Origin: Mobula birostris
Lineage: Eukaryota
NCBI RefSeq assembly: GCF_030028105.1
Contig: NC_092370.1
Location: 185,548,005-185,612,004 of the forward strand
Direction: 5' to 3'
DNA length: 64,000 bases
Shown here: piece after piece, positions 51,444-62,782 of the stretch
How positions within the stretch are numbered: position 1 is the stretch's first letter
Layout of the letters: every line of letters starts with the position of its first letter
Made by a program: the position numbers and the translations under genes
The notes under the pieces: model-generated
The model's database searches: none
Told to the model about the DNA's origin: nothing
What the model saw: only the letters and a program-made list of their open reading frames with translations

Positions 51444-51972
51444 TACAGAAAGCGCTGGTAGAGGGCTGAGGCTCAAATTGCCGGTTACTGGTCTCTCCCA
51501 TCGAATGATCGGGCTCCTCCGAGGAACAATGGCCATTGTGGCATTCCACTCTTTGACTTATATCAGAATGCGGACTGTTTTGCTCCTCTTTAATATCCTG
51601 CGACTCGCCGGGTGTCGCGATCGCGTCAATGACTACGGGTCGTTCATTGGCAACCCGGGTGCCGAGCACCGCGTCCAGCTGTTCGTAGAAGCGGCAAATC
51701 TTCCTGCCACTGGCGCTGCAGCCCCGCCTGATGCTGTCCTTGGCCAGTGTGTACTTCCTCTTCAGCCCCTTGATGCGGATGCGGCACTGCTCCGGGGTGC
51801 GGATGTAACCCTGGTCCAGCAACTGCGACGAGATGAACTTAAAAACATGGCTGTTCCTGAGCTGCTCGTCCAGCGCCGTCTGTACATTCTCCTCGCTCCA
51901 GACGGCGATCAGCGCCAGGGTCTCCGCGTCCGACCACAGGGCACCGCGCTCCGACCTCACTTCTGACATCAT
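51444..51972 (-). CDS. Myb/SANT-like (trihelix, Myb_DNA-bind_4 type) DNA-binding protein, exon 1
   Basis: MMSEVRSERGALWSDAETLALIAVWSEENVQTALD...RNSHVFKFISSQLLDQGYIRTPEQCRIRIKGLKRKY...CRFYEQLDAVLG is a typical trihelix/MSANTD pattern; donor TGT A|gtaagt, phase 1. Confidence 0.9.
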
Positions 51973-52466
51973 TGGAAACCAATCGCCCGGCGCCCGGACA
52001 CCTCCTGCACCGCAGCACAAGCACGGCAGCCAACCGACCGCTCCAGCGCGGGCCCGGTCCCCATCAACAAAAGAGCCGGGAGGAACGCCACCAACTCTCT
52101 CCCATCCCTCCCCCAGAAAAAGGTTCAGAGCAACGGTTCACACCAAAGGCCCCTTCAAATTTGCCCCCTCTGAGAACCATGGGTAGATGCTGGCGTCATC
52201 CCGACTTCCGGCCGTTGTCAAGCACCTGAGCGAACGCTGTGTTTAGATGGTTTAATAGCCGCGCTCTTGATGTTGTGGGGACGAATAGGTGACTGGTTCG
52301 TGAGGCTAAAACGTGATGCCAGCGTTTAGACCCTTCCGTTATCGGTTAAGGCCAAAGCGAGATATTGAGGCCTCTGGTGCAGCTTCTGTTGTTCGGACGG
52401 TCGCCTGGTGGTGACGCAGAAGGAGTGGCGGATGTGCGCGTGGGACAGTCGGTGGCCGGCGGTTGG

Positions 52467-52544
52467 ATGGCGCAGCTGTGCGGAGCCGGGTGGCGTCACC
52501 TCGGGCCAAGCGTGGCCATGGCAGCCCGGGCGGCGCGCTTCTGG
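52467..52544 (+). CDS. NUBPL: NUBPL (Ind1, mitochondrial Fe-S/complex I assembly P-loop NTPase), exon 1 CDS
   Basis: MAQLCGAGWRHLGPSVAMAARAARFW is Arg-rich and acid-free like a mitochondrial presequence; donor TGG|gtgggt in phase 0 fits exon 2. Start codon uncertain (alternatives 52518 and TTG 52365). Confidence 0.65.
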
Positions 52545-53469
52545 GTGGGTGTCCGTCTCGTCTCCTCCCGTCCCCGTCCCCCGTAAACGACCCTCTGTAT
52601 TTCAGTGGGAAACCCTTGCCCTTTGCTTTGAGTCACTTGTGTTATATGACTGCCTCAACCCCGGTTACAATTTTAATTGATTGGGTGGGCTCCCTCAATG
52701 GATGCTTTTGTTCGACTGTTGGTTGTGGATTTTAATTGGTGTGATTCTGTGTAGTCGGTTTCAGATAACAAGAACCTCTCAGATTATTAACTTGCGCGAT
52801 AAGCTCCAGTAACTTCTCTTACTTCGTCCAGCCACTTCCTCTTTGCCTACATTTTTTGACGATGCTCACACCATTGCATCTCCAATCCTAATACTATTTG
52901 ACCTTGCCAAAGCCCGAATGGCTTCAGCATTTACTGCCGGCCTGCATGACGCCTTCAAAATATTACAGATTTTATTGGCACGCCATGATCTCGGGATCTA
53001 GTTGGCTCAATGTTGATTGCCTTTGGTTGGTTCCCGTCATTGTCCATGTCGTGCTAAGCCATGAGCTTCATTGAATGCCAGCTGTCTGAGGCTCTTCAGG
53101 TTATTGCATGAATTTAGACGAATGAGTTGGTCCAAAACAATGTAGTAGTTAGATGCTCATCTTTGGGCATACAGCATGTTCCACTGGAGTCACCAGTGAG
53201 CTCAGTACAGTAGCATTGATGAAGTTACTGACAACAGCAACCCCAATGCATTAAATGGAAATGCCAGTCCTTGGGGAAAGTTTTGCTTATTCTGTTCTGG
53301 TTTCAGTACATCTAGGTGTTTTGCTTTAACATATGAAATACAAGCACTTAAACCCATTCTGTAGTTCAAGAACAAGTATGATCCGATTTTAACTTCAACT
53401 GTACCTTCCAACCTACCCCTGTACTGCTTCACCTCATCTCCCACCACACACACATTTATCAGTAATTTA

Positions 53470-53750
53470 TCTAACTCTGTTACAAATATTCAAGTTTATT
53501 TTTCCATTCCTTGATGAAGAAGAAAGTTCAAAAGAGTTATAGCCCTCTGAAGGAAAAATTATTACCTCATCTTTGTCATGATTGAGTGACCAATTGTAGT
53601 TCTAAATTCTACCAAAAACAAAATCATCCTCTCCATATCCAATCTGTTAAGACTTCTTCATGGTCTTACCTGCCTCAATCCAGTCACATCTACTAAATAG
53701 TCCAAGCCCAGTTGTCTAACCTTTCCTCATAAGACAACTGAACCATTCTA
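53470..53750 (-). mobile_element. Degraded CR1 3' fragment
   Basis: Antisense CR1 3' motifs (gaagaaa..cctcatc, aacctttcctcataagac). Confidence 0.55.
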
Positions 53751-53774
53751 TTTTATAACTATTAGAACTAGTTT

Positions 53775-55397
53775 TAAATATTAAGCATGTAGATATTAGG
53801 AAAGAGGATGTGCTGGAGTTTTTGGAAAGCATCAAGTTAGATAAGTCACTGGGACTGGATGAGATGTACCCCAGGCTACTGTGGGAGGCGAGGACGGAGA
53901 TCACTGAGCCTCTGGCGATGATCTTGGAAACATCAATGGGGACGGGAGAGGTTCCGGAGGATTGGAGCGTTGCGGATGTTGTTCCTTTATTCAAGAAAGG
54001 GAGTAGAGATAGCCCGGGAAATTATAGACCAGTGAGTCTTACTTCAGTGGTTGGTAAGTTGTTGGAGAAGATCCTGAGAGGCAGGATTTATGAACATTTG
54101 GAGAGGTATAATATGATTAGGAATAGTCAGCATGGCTTTGTCAAGGGCAGGTCGTGCCTTACAGGCCTGATTGAATTTTTTGAGGATGTGACTAAACACA
54201 TTGATGAAGGAAGAGCAGTAGATGTAGTGTATATGTATTTCAGCAAGGCATTTGATAAGGTGCCCCATGCAAGGCTTATTGAGAAAGTAAGGAGGTAAGG
54301 GATCCAAGGGGATATTGCTTTGTGGATCCAGAACTGACTTGCCCACAGAAGGCGAAGAGTGGTTGTAAACGAGTCATATTCTGCATGGAGGTCGGTGACC
54401 AGTGGTGTGCCTCAGGGATCTGTTCTGGGACCTTTACTCTTTGTGATTTTTATAAATGACCTGGATAAGGAAGTGGAGGGATGGGTTAGTAAGTTTGCTG
54501 GTGACACAAAGGTTGGAGCTGTTGTGGATAGTGTGGAGGGCTGTCAGAGGTTACAGCAGGACATTGATAGGATGCAAAACTGAGCTGAGAAGTGGCAAAT
54601 GGAGTTCAACCCAGGTAAGTGTGAAGTGATTCATTTTGGTAGGTCAAATATGATGGCAGAATATAGTATTAATGGTAAGACTCTTGGCAATGTGGAGGAT
54701 CAGAGGGATCTTGGGGTCCAAGTCTATAGGATGCTCAAAGCAGCTGCGCTGGTTGATGCGGTGGTTAAGAAGGCATACCGTGGGGTCTTCATTAATCGCG
54801 GAATTGAATTTAGGAGCTGAGAGGTAATATTGCAGCTATTTAGAACCCTAGTCAGACCCCACTTGGAGTACTGTGCTCATTTCTGGTCACCTCACTACAG
54901 GAAGGATGTGGAAGCCATAGAAAGGGTGCAGAGGAGATTTACAAGGATGTTGCCTGGATTGGGGAGCATGTCTTATGAAAACAGGTTGAGTGAACTTGGT
55001 CTTTTCTCCTTGGAGTGATGGAGGATGAGAGGTGCCCTGATAGAGGTGTATAAGATGATGACAGGCATTGATCGTGTGGATAGTCAGGGACTTTTTCCCA
55101 GAGCTGAAGTGGCTGCTACAAGAGGACACAGGTTTAAAGTGCTGAGGAGTAGGTACAGAGGTGATGGCAGGGGTAAGTTTTTTTTTACTCAGAGAGTAGT
55201 AAGTGCGTGGAATGGGCTGCGGGCAACGGTGGTGGAGGCGGATACGATAGGGTCTTTTAATATACCTTTGGATAGGTACATGGAGCTTCAAAAAATAGAG
55301 GGCTATAGGGAAGTCTAGTAATTTCTAAGGTAAGGACATGTTTGGCACAGCTTTTTGGGCCGAAAGGCCTGTATTGTGTTGTAGGTTTTCTATGACT
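53775..55397 (+). mobile_element. Relatively young 5'-truncated CR1 LINE (RT domain plus 3'UTR)
   Basis: NYRPVSLTSVVGK, QHGFVKGRSC, FSKAFDKVPH, SGVPQGSVLGP, SKFAGDTK; a few stop codons. Confidence 0.95.
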
Positions 55398-55521
55398 ATA
55401 GAACCATTTTAACCAAATGTTCAAAAGTCAAAGACTGTCCATGCATTCCAGAGACAAAGCCTTGGGATATGGCTGCTAAGATCTGTCTGCGGGACAAGAC
55501 CCAATCTTTATAATATGATGT

Positions 55522-55662
55522 TACACACACAAAATGCTGGAGGAACTCAGCAGACCAGTAGTATCTGTGGAAAAAACTACAGTCGATATTTCGGGCCGAA
55601 ACCCTTCGGCAGGACTCTGTGTTGCTCAGATTTCCAGCATCTGCAGATTTTCTCTCGTTTGT
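55522..55662. mobile_element. Short Penelope-derived element: inverted pLTR piece with hammerhead (minus, 55580-55616) plus forward tail
   Basis: Reverse strand agtcCTGCCGAagggtttcggcccGAAAtatcgactg; forward tgtgttgct...tttccagcatctgcaga. Confidence 0.75.
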
Positions 55663-56589
55663 AATGGGATGTTAGACAGGTATATGGACAAAAAACTGAT
55701 CGAGAAATAGTCTTGCCATCTTCAGCATCATATTTCAAATGACTTGCATTTCTTTAGCTTTCTTTTTCATTCATGATTCATTATTATAAATTGTGCACAG
55801 TTAATTCACTTGGTATATCATTACTTGAGGGTTAGCATGCAGTGAGATATTTTATATTACATATATATTACATTTATGATCTCGTTAAAGTCTTACTGCA
55901 TTCCATTAACTATATTTTGGTATTCTCCTCATTAAAGTATATCTGATAAGTTAGTATGTTTTTAAAAAAGTAATAGATTAGATAAAGCTAATTTGAATTT
56001 CTTATAGTCTTGCACAGGAAAATTTAGATTATGGAAACCATGGAGAAGCCAGACAAATATTTGTGTCTTTTCTTTTGGAAGAAATCACAGCAACTTCCTG
56101 GTGGTGCAAATCTACAGTGAACAAGAAGCTGGAAGATATCAGTATTTCTTTTTAAATGGGTATTGAAGAAATTATTTGGACTCGAAGCTGATAATTCCTC
56201 AGGACATGTCTGCAAGCGTTTCAATAGAGTATATTGTTATCATTTTCCAAAATGTCATGCATCATAAAACTTGCCTCTGATTAGAAGAGAAAAAAATAGC
56301 AACTTAAGAAATGGGGGAAGAGAGAATAGCCCTGCAAATCAGTTAGCTGGATGGTCCTCTTACAGTTAAGCAGTGTCTTAATTGTGGAGCATCAGTATAA
56401 ATATTTGTTCTTTCCATATAGTTTAGTGGTTGAATCACAAAGCTCACAGTATTTGGCTCTGGCCAATCCTACCAATTGAGTCACTGAAGAAAGTAACTTA
56501 TCAGGGTTTGTGGACAAATAAGCTGAAGCAGGCTGGGAGGTGTGGGGGAGAGCGTGGGGCCATATGGCCTTCTCTTGCTCCTTATATTG

Positions 56590-56880
56590 TTGAGTGACCA
56601 AAGAACAGATTCTGGACTTCAGGAAGGGTAAGACGAGGGTACACAAATCAAGCCTCAAAGGAATCAAAAGTGGAGGGAGTGAGCAATTTCAGGTTTCTGG
56701 GTGTCTTTCTCTGAGGACCTAGCCTGGTGGCAACATATTGATACATCTATTAAGAAGGCAAGACAGTGGCTATATTTCATTAGGAGTTCGAGAAGATTTG
56801 GTTTGTCAATGAAAACATTCAAAAACTTCTACAAAGCATTCTGAATAGCTACTTCAGTGTCTGGTATGGCAGTGGGGTGG
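56590..56880 (+). mobile_element. Rex1/Babar fragment
   Basis: gtggacttcaggaag-like start, FRFLGV and KARQ.LYF remnants; similar to 36090-36350. Confidence 0.7.
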
Positions 56881-58239
56881 GTGCTGTGGCTCTGTCGTTT
56901 AGAAAATTTATCAAGTCAGCTGAAACCTTGTAATATTGAAAGATTCAGTCAGTCAAGAATGGAGAGATGAAAATTATGAGGAGCAAAGAAGAAATTGACT
57001 TGAATTGTATTAAATTATTTGATTTTAACAAAACAGGGGCATAGCTGTAGTCAGCATTACTGGGCTGTACCTTGCACCAGAGTTTCCAACAGGATTTGAA
57101 TCAGCAAATTGCATCTGGTGCTTTGTGAGGTTTGCTGGGTTGGGTTTGTACTTGAATTTGCCATGCAAATCCTTTAGCTGAAGCTGTATGAAAAATCTTG
57201 CATGAAGTGAAGCAATCATGCTGTACCATGGAGCATCTGGTTACTGAACAGATGGCTGAACTACAGCATCAAATCGTGCATTTCAATGACTAGAAAATGA
57301 AGCTAATTGATTTCTGTAGAATCAACTCTTAATTGCTCACTGGTCAATGGGTTAGTGTTGGATGCCTAGGCATTTGCAATCTGATGAACCTTAATGAATG
57401 AGCCACACAGTGAAAACTGGCATTTCTGATCTGGATATACAGTTAAGTACAATGTGTAGAGTGCTGGCAGGGAACTATCTTTTACTAATTCAAGTAGTGT
57501 ATTAAAAAAGTGATACGTAAATGTAAGGGAGGTGTGGGTGCAACTTGTTTATGCTTTGAACAATCTTTTTTTGAGGAATTTGATTTTGCTCAGATTAAAC
57601 AATTAGCTGCAAACTTACGAACAAACTACAGATACATTTTTAATACTTGGGAATTTTTAATACTTTAGTCATTCCTGTTTAAACAAGAGTTTCCTCTAAT
57701 ACTATTAATTATTTTGGAAGGCGTAATGGCAATTGCACGATAATCAGAAAGGTTTAATATCACTGGCATATGTCGTGAATTTTTTTGTATTGCGGCAGCA
57801 GTGCATTGCAATCCATAATAAAGGAAACTATAAATTACAATAACATATATTTTAAAAAATTAAATAAGTAGTGCAAAAAGAGAAAAAAATTATTGAGATA
57901 ATGTACATGATCTGATGGTGGTGGGGAAGAAGCCGTTCCTAAAGTGTTGAGTGTGTGTCTTCAGGCTCCTGTACCACCACCTTGCAACGAGAAGAGGACA
58001 CATCGTGAATGATGGGGAACCATAATGATGGTGGCCAGTGCCCATAATGGAGCTGGCTGAGTTTGTAATTTTTTGCAGCTTTTTTCAATCCCGTGCTGTG
58101 ACCTCTCCGTGCCAGATGGTGATGCAGCCAGTTAGAATACTCTCCATTGTACATCTGTAGAAATTTTTGAGTTTTTGGTGTCATACCAAGTTTCCTCAAA
58201 CTCCTGATGAAATTTAGCCACTGTCATGCCTTCTTTGTA

Positions 58240-58970
58240 AGATGGTGCTACTTACTGGTTTGAGTGACAACTTTCTGGTGGCTGATGAAACAAAAAAAGC
58301 ACCTAAATACTTTATTGTTCACACTTTTTCTGGTAAATGAACACTGCAAACAGTGACCTGTAGCTTTCCTGTCGGAGTTGAGCGGAATCGCCTGTATGAT
58401 CTAGCATTTTTGTGGTGTGACTGGTGGCTTGCTGGGGCAGAAAGGATGCAGTATGTCTGGGCTGGAGCGGAATTGGAGGCAATTCAGTGCAGCAGAGCGG
58501 AGGTGTGGAAAGGTCCAAGGTTTGTTCAATAAGAGTTAAGCCAATTTGGGAAGGTTGAGTACTGGCCTTATCAAGGCAACTGAGCCCAAGCTTGAGGGTG
58601 ATGTGGTTTGGATGATTTAAGCACCGGGCCAGATTGAAACGATCGAGGTCAGAGGCAAGAGATGAGTTGGTTTGGCTTGCTGCCTTGTGGGATTGGCTTG
58701 ACTCTGTGCTGGACCAAGGCCTTCTGAATCGGCATCTGTGGACTTCTGAATTGGCTTTGGTGATGCCTGGCATTGTGAACTTTAGTTGTGAATGCTGTTT
58801 GCTTACTTTATTGTTTGTATGATTTATTTTTTCTCTCTCTCTCTGCACGTTGGGTATTTGAAGGTCTTCCTTTGTTTTTAATGTGTTCTATAGGGTCCTT
58901 TGTTTCATGGCTGCCTGTAAGGAAATAAATCTCAAGGTTGTTTAAAGTATACGTACTTTGAACTAAATTT
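58240..58970 (+). mobile_element. Non-autonomous element with Rex1-like ends nested in the Rex1 copy
   Basis: Starts aagatggtgc and ends ggctgcctgtaagg..aatctcaaggttgt..tactttgaact; the Rex1 sequence resumes on both sides. Confidence 0.55.
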
Positions 58971-59519
58971 CAGCAATATGCTGGGTCCAGGATAGATTTT
59001 CAGAGATGTTGACACCCAGGAACTTGAAACTGCTCACCTTTTCCACTGCTGATCAATGAGGGCTGGTGTGCATTCCCTTGACTTCCCCTTCCTGAAATCT
59101 GCAATCAATTTCTTGGTGTTACTGACGTTGAGTGCAAGGTTTGTTACTGCGACACCACTCAACTAACTGGCCTGTCTCACCTCCTGTGTGCCTCCTTGTC
59201 ATCATCTGAAATTCTGCCAACTGTAGTTGTGTCACTGGCAAATTTATAGATGGTATTTGAACTGTGCCTAGCCATACAATTGTGGGTGTATTGAGAGTAT
59301 AGCAGTGGACTAAGCACGAATCCTTGAGTTGATCATCAACGAGGAGGAGCTGTTATTTCCAATCTGCACTGACTGTGATCTCTTAATGAGGAAGTCAAGA
59401 ATCCAGTTGCAAAGGGAGGTACGGAAGCCCAGGTTTTGGAGCTTGTTGAGTTGTACTGAAGGCATGATGGTTTTAAGAGCTAAGCTGTAAGTAACGAACA
59501 GCAACCTGGTGTAGGTATT

Positions 59520-59623
59520 TCTAGGAGAGGCACAGCATAGAGATGCTGCCTGGCCTGCTGCGTTCACCAGCAACTTTTATGTGTGTTGCTTGAAATGCCA
59601 GCATCTGCAGATTTCCTCATGTT
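59520..59623 (+). mobile_element. 104-bp Penelope 3' tail insertion with short 5' inversion
   Basis: 13-bp direct repeat tggtgtaggtatt at 59507-59519 and 59624-59636. Confidence 0.85.
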
Positions 59624-60214
59624 TGGTGTAGGTATTGTTGAGGTGCTCAAAGGCTGAGTGGAGAGCCAGTGAAATGGCATTTGCTGTACACCTACTGTGG
59701 CGATAGGCAAATTACAGCAGGTCCAGATTCTTGCTTAAGAGGAGTTGATTCTAGCCATGGCCAACCTCTCAAAGCACTTCATCACAGTAGATGTGAGTGC
59801 AACTGGGCGATAGTTGTTGAGGCAACTCACCCTGCTCTTCTTTGGTGCTGGTATGATTGTTGCCTTTTTAAAGCAGGTGATAACTGCTGACTGCGGCAGT
59901 GAGAGATTGAAGATGACCTTAAACAGTCCTGTCAGATGGTTGGTACAGGGTTTCAGTGCCCTATCAGGTACACCATTGAGGACTGATGCCTTGTGAAGGT
60001 TCACCCTCTTGAAAGATTTTCTGATGTTGGCATCTGAGACAGACATCACAGGGTCACCAGTTGTTGCAAGAATTAGCGCAGGTGTAGTGTTATTCTCGCT
60101 TTCAAATACTATACTCAAGATTGCTCTGCATTCCAGATTATTGTAGTTTCTGCACGAAATGAGTCTGGCTAAAGGAGGTCAGGAAAAATTTGGAACAATC
60201 TGCCATTTCAGCTA

Positions 60215-60720
60215 AGTAACATCTACTGCCACAATGAGGCCACTCTCAGGTTGGAGAAGCAAGACCTCATATTCTGTCTGGGTAGCCTCCAAGTTGATGA
60301 ACATTTATTTTTCTAACTTGTAATTTTTTCTTCTCTGCTTTCCTCTTCCATCCCCCACTCTGGCTCCCCCCTTACTTCTCCTCACCTGCTTATCACCTTC
60401 CCTGGTGCCCTCCTCCTTCCCATTGTCCACTCTCCCCTCCTATCAGAGTCTTCATCTTTATCTCATTACCTTTTCCACCTATCACCTCCCACCTGTTCTC
60501 ACATAATCTCCCCTCCCCCACCCACCTGGCTTAACCTATCACCTTCTTCCCTTTCCCCACCATCTTATTCGAGCTTCTCTCTTCCTTTCCAGTCCTGGTG
60601 AAGGGTCTTGCCCCGAAATGTCAACTGTTTATTCATTTTCATTGCTACCTGATCTGATGAATTCCTCCAGCATTTTGTATTTTTTACCCTGGGTTTTCAT
60701 CTGCAAAATCTCTTGTATTT
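60215..60720 (+). mobile_element. Old Penelope 3' fragment with hammerhead remnant at 60590-60627
   Basis: EATLRLEKQDLIFCLGSLQ; agtcCTGGTGAagggtcttgcccCGAAAtgtcaact. Confidence 0.8.
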
Positions 60721-61679
60721 GACATTTCATCAGAATGTGCCAAGTTCTGATGAATAATCATGAATGTATATTTCTCCACAAATCTTGACCAATGTTCCCT
60801 CTAATTTGTAATGACCAATGTGAGCAAAAATCTTGTGCTGTGCAATTTTTTGCCCAGTGACATGTGTGCACTGAATTTTCTATATCAAGGTATTCATTTT
60901 AACAGCAAGCAAAATGCTGTCAATAAGAACTTTGATCTCCTCTGGGTTTTATCATTTTCAATCTCGTTCATCTGCATTCTCACAAAACATACATAGCAGG
61001 CCTGTAGCAGGTAATGAAGGATTTGCTTGCCAGAGCTTTTGTGATTTGCTTGCTAAATGACGCTTTAAAAAGTTAAGTTTGCAAATGTCACTCCACTACT
61101 TCCCACTTGCAAATTCTCCAGCAACTTTTACATCACAGCAATACATGCAGGTAACTCCAGTTTCGGTATTGTACGTTCGTGACCGCATGAGTTTTCGGTG
61201 TAGCAGTGTCTACTGTTTCATTAAGCCATTCTGCTTTAAACAAATTGGCAACTCTTTTGCACTTTATGCTTCATGCCCTTTTGCTTCTTTGGAATTTGAC
61301 ATAATGAAGCAATAATTTTTTCAATAAAAACATAAATAAGCCAGTTCTAAAGTCTGCAGACATATCATCGTAAACTCCACATTGTAAACACTGTCCACAT
61401 CAAAAACCAGAAAAGGAAATGTGATTGTATACAATCGTGAAACATACTTAACATGCCAATGAGATAGAGTGTGACAACTTTTGGTGTGCAGTTTAAATTC
61501 CTTTGTGCACTAGTAGCGAAAGATGTGTGCGCATGCACACGAGCACACTTTAAAGGGAACATGATGCTGACTAACCTGTTGAGTATTTCCAGCATTGTTT
61601 TTGCTGTTATTTTTCCAAGTTCACTGGTAGTGTGCTTTTGTTTGTACTTCTACTTATTTTTGTGCATTATTGTTTTAAG

Positions 61680-61827
61680 TCTTCAGGATCCAGTACTGAA
61701 TCACCACAGGAGAGGCAAAAACGACTGATGGCTCGGGGACTCCCAAAGCAAAAAGCAATTCCTGGAGTGAAACATATTATTGTTGTAGCTTCTGGAAAAG
61801 GAGGTGTTGGAAAATCAACTACTGCAG
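61680..61827 (+). CDS. NUBPL: NUBPL exon 2 (deviant Walker A)
   Basis: ttttaag|[50 protein letters not shown]|gtatat; 148 nt; aligns without gaps to human [49 protein letters not shown]. Confidence 0.95.
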
Positions 61828-62782
61828 GTATATAGTTTTCTAAATGTCAACTGTTTCATTTTATAATATGCAATATAAGGCTTCCAAAATATTTTGGGAA
61901 ATGGCATTCTTTTTGCTGTGGATCCAGTCTTGAAAAATTTGGGAATGGTAGTAAACAATTCTGTATTTGAATCATAAAAATAAAAATGAATTATTGCCTT
62001 GTGTTTATTTTTAAAACTATGCAAATGGAACATCCCATGGTGTTAGAAATAAAGCAACAAAACTCAAAAATTCATATCAATCAATTTTATAAGTCTTACA
62101 AAAGTACCTGAAGCACTTCAGTAAATGTCAACAGTTTAAAGCTGTTAGTATAAATGAAGTCAGTGTTTCCATTGGTTTGATGAACAGACCTTTTAATACA
62201 TCTCGAAATCTGCCACCATTCTAAAGGTCAGCAAATTGAAGGCAACCAGAACTGTGATTTCATTATTCCAGATATAAATGGTTTTGTTGTATTATAATGG
62301 AAATACATTGAATTGTGGCACAGTCTTTGTTAGACTACTTCTTTACAAACACATCCATGTGGATGCTCCATTTCTCTGTAATCACTTGCAAAAGGGGAAA
62401 AGTAATGTAGTAAAGAGACACCTGAGATTTATCGACTAGAAATTTTTCTTTTCCTCTTAAATGGAAATGAATTGTGGAGATGCGGAGAATGCTTATTGTT
62501 TGTTTGCCAACTGAAAATTCTCAAGCTGTTCAGTTGGTTTTGAAATTCTGATATACAAGTATGGCATAAAATACTAACAAAAGTTTATCTAAATTTCAGT
62601 GAATTTGGCTTTGGGATTAGCAACCTTCGAATCGGTAGGTATATTTCCTTTTGGAATGTATAATTTATTTTGAGGCATTGTGTAAGATGAAATATTTGTG
62701 TAAAAATTTCTGGTATTGTAAATAAATTTCAAAACAATTTCGATTTGTGCAGTCCTTAATGGGAAAATGTAGTTAGCAGTTA

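Larger units (their letters stand above)
51440..52620. promoter_or_regulatory. CpG island / bidirectional promoter shared by the Myb/SANT-like gene and NUBPL
   Basis: Divergent ATGs at 51972 (-) and 52467 (+); CRE-like TGGCGTCA at 52191 next to ETS/GABP site ACTTCCGG at 52204; TGACGCA at 52412. Confidence 0.8.
57742..60100 (-). mobile_element. Rex1/Babar LINE with two nested insertions
   Basis: ORF 59735-60118 (IFNLSL...[35 protein letters not shown]), LCNWILDFL; 3' tail at 57742. Confidence 0.9.

Noticed and set aside
51412-51966. 184-aa plus-strand ORF
   Set aside because: Antisense shadow of the GC-rich Myb/SANT exon; TTG start and no recognisable domain.
52518-52582. NUBPL exon 1 ending at CC|gtaaac
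   Set aside because: Phase 2 does not fit the phase-0 acceptor at 61680 fixed by homology; TGG|gtgggt at 52544 fits.
52800-53350. Possible Harbinger nuclease remnant (AGLHDA) in NUBPL intron 1
   Set aside because: Short, stop-broken and lacking the other motifs; fits an old L2-like relic or neutral DNA better.
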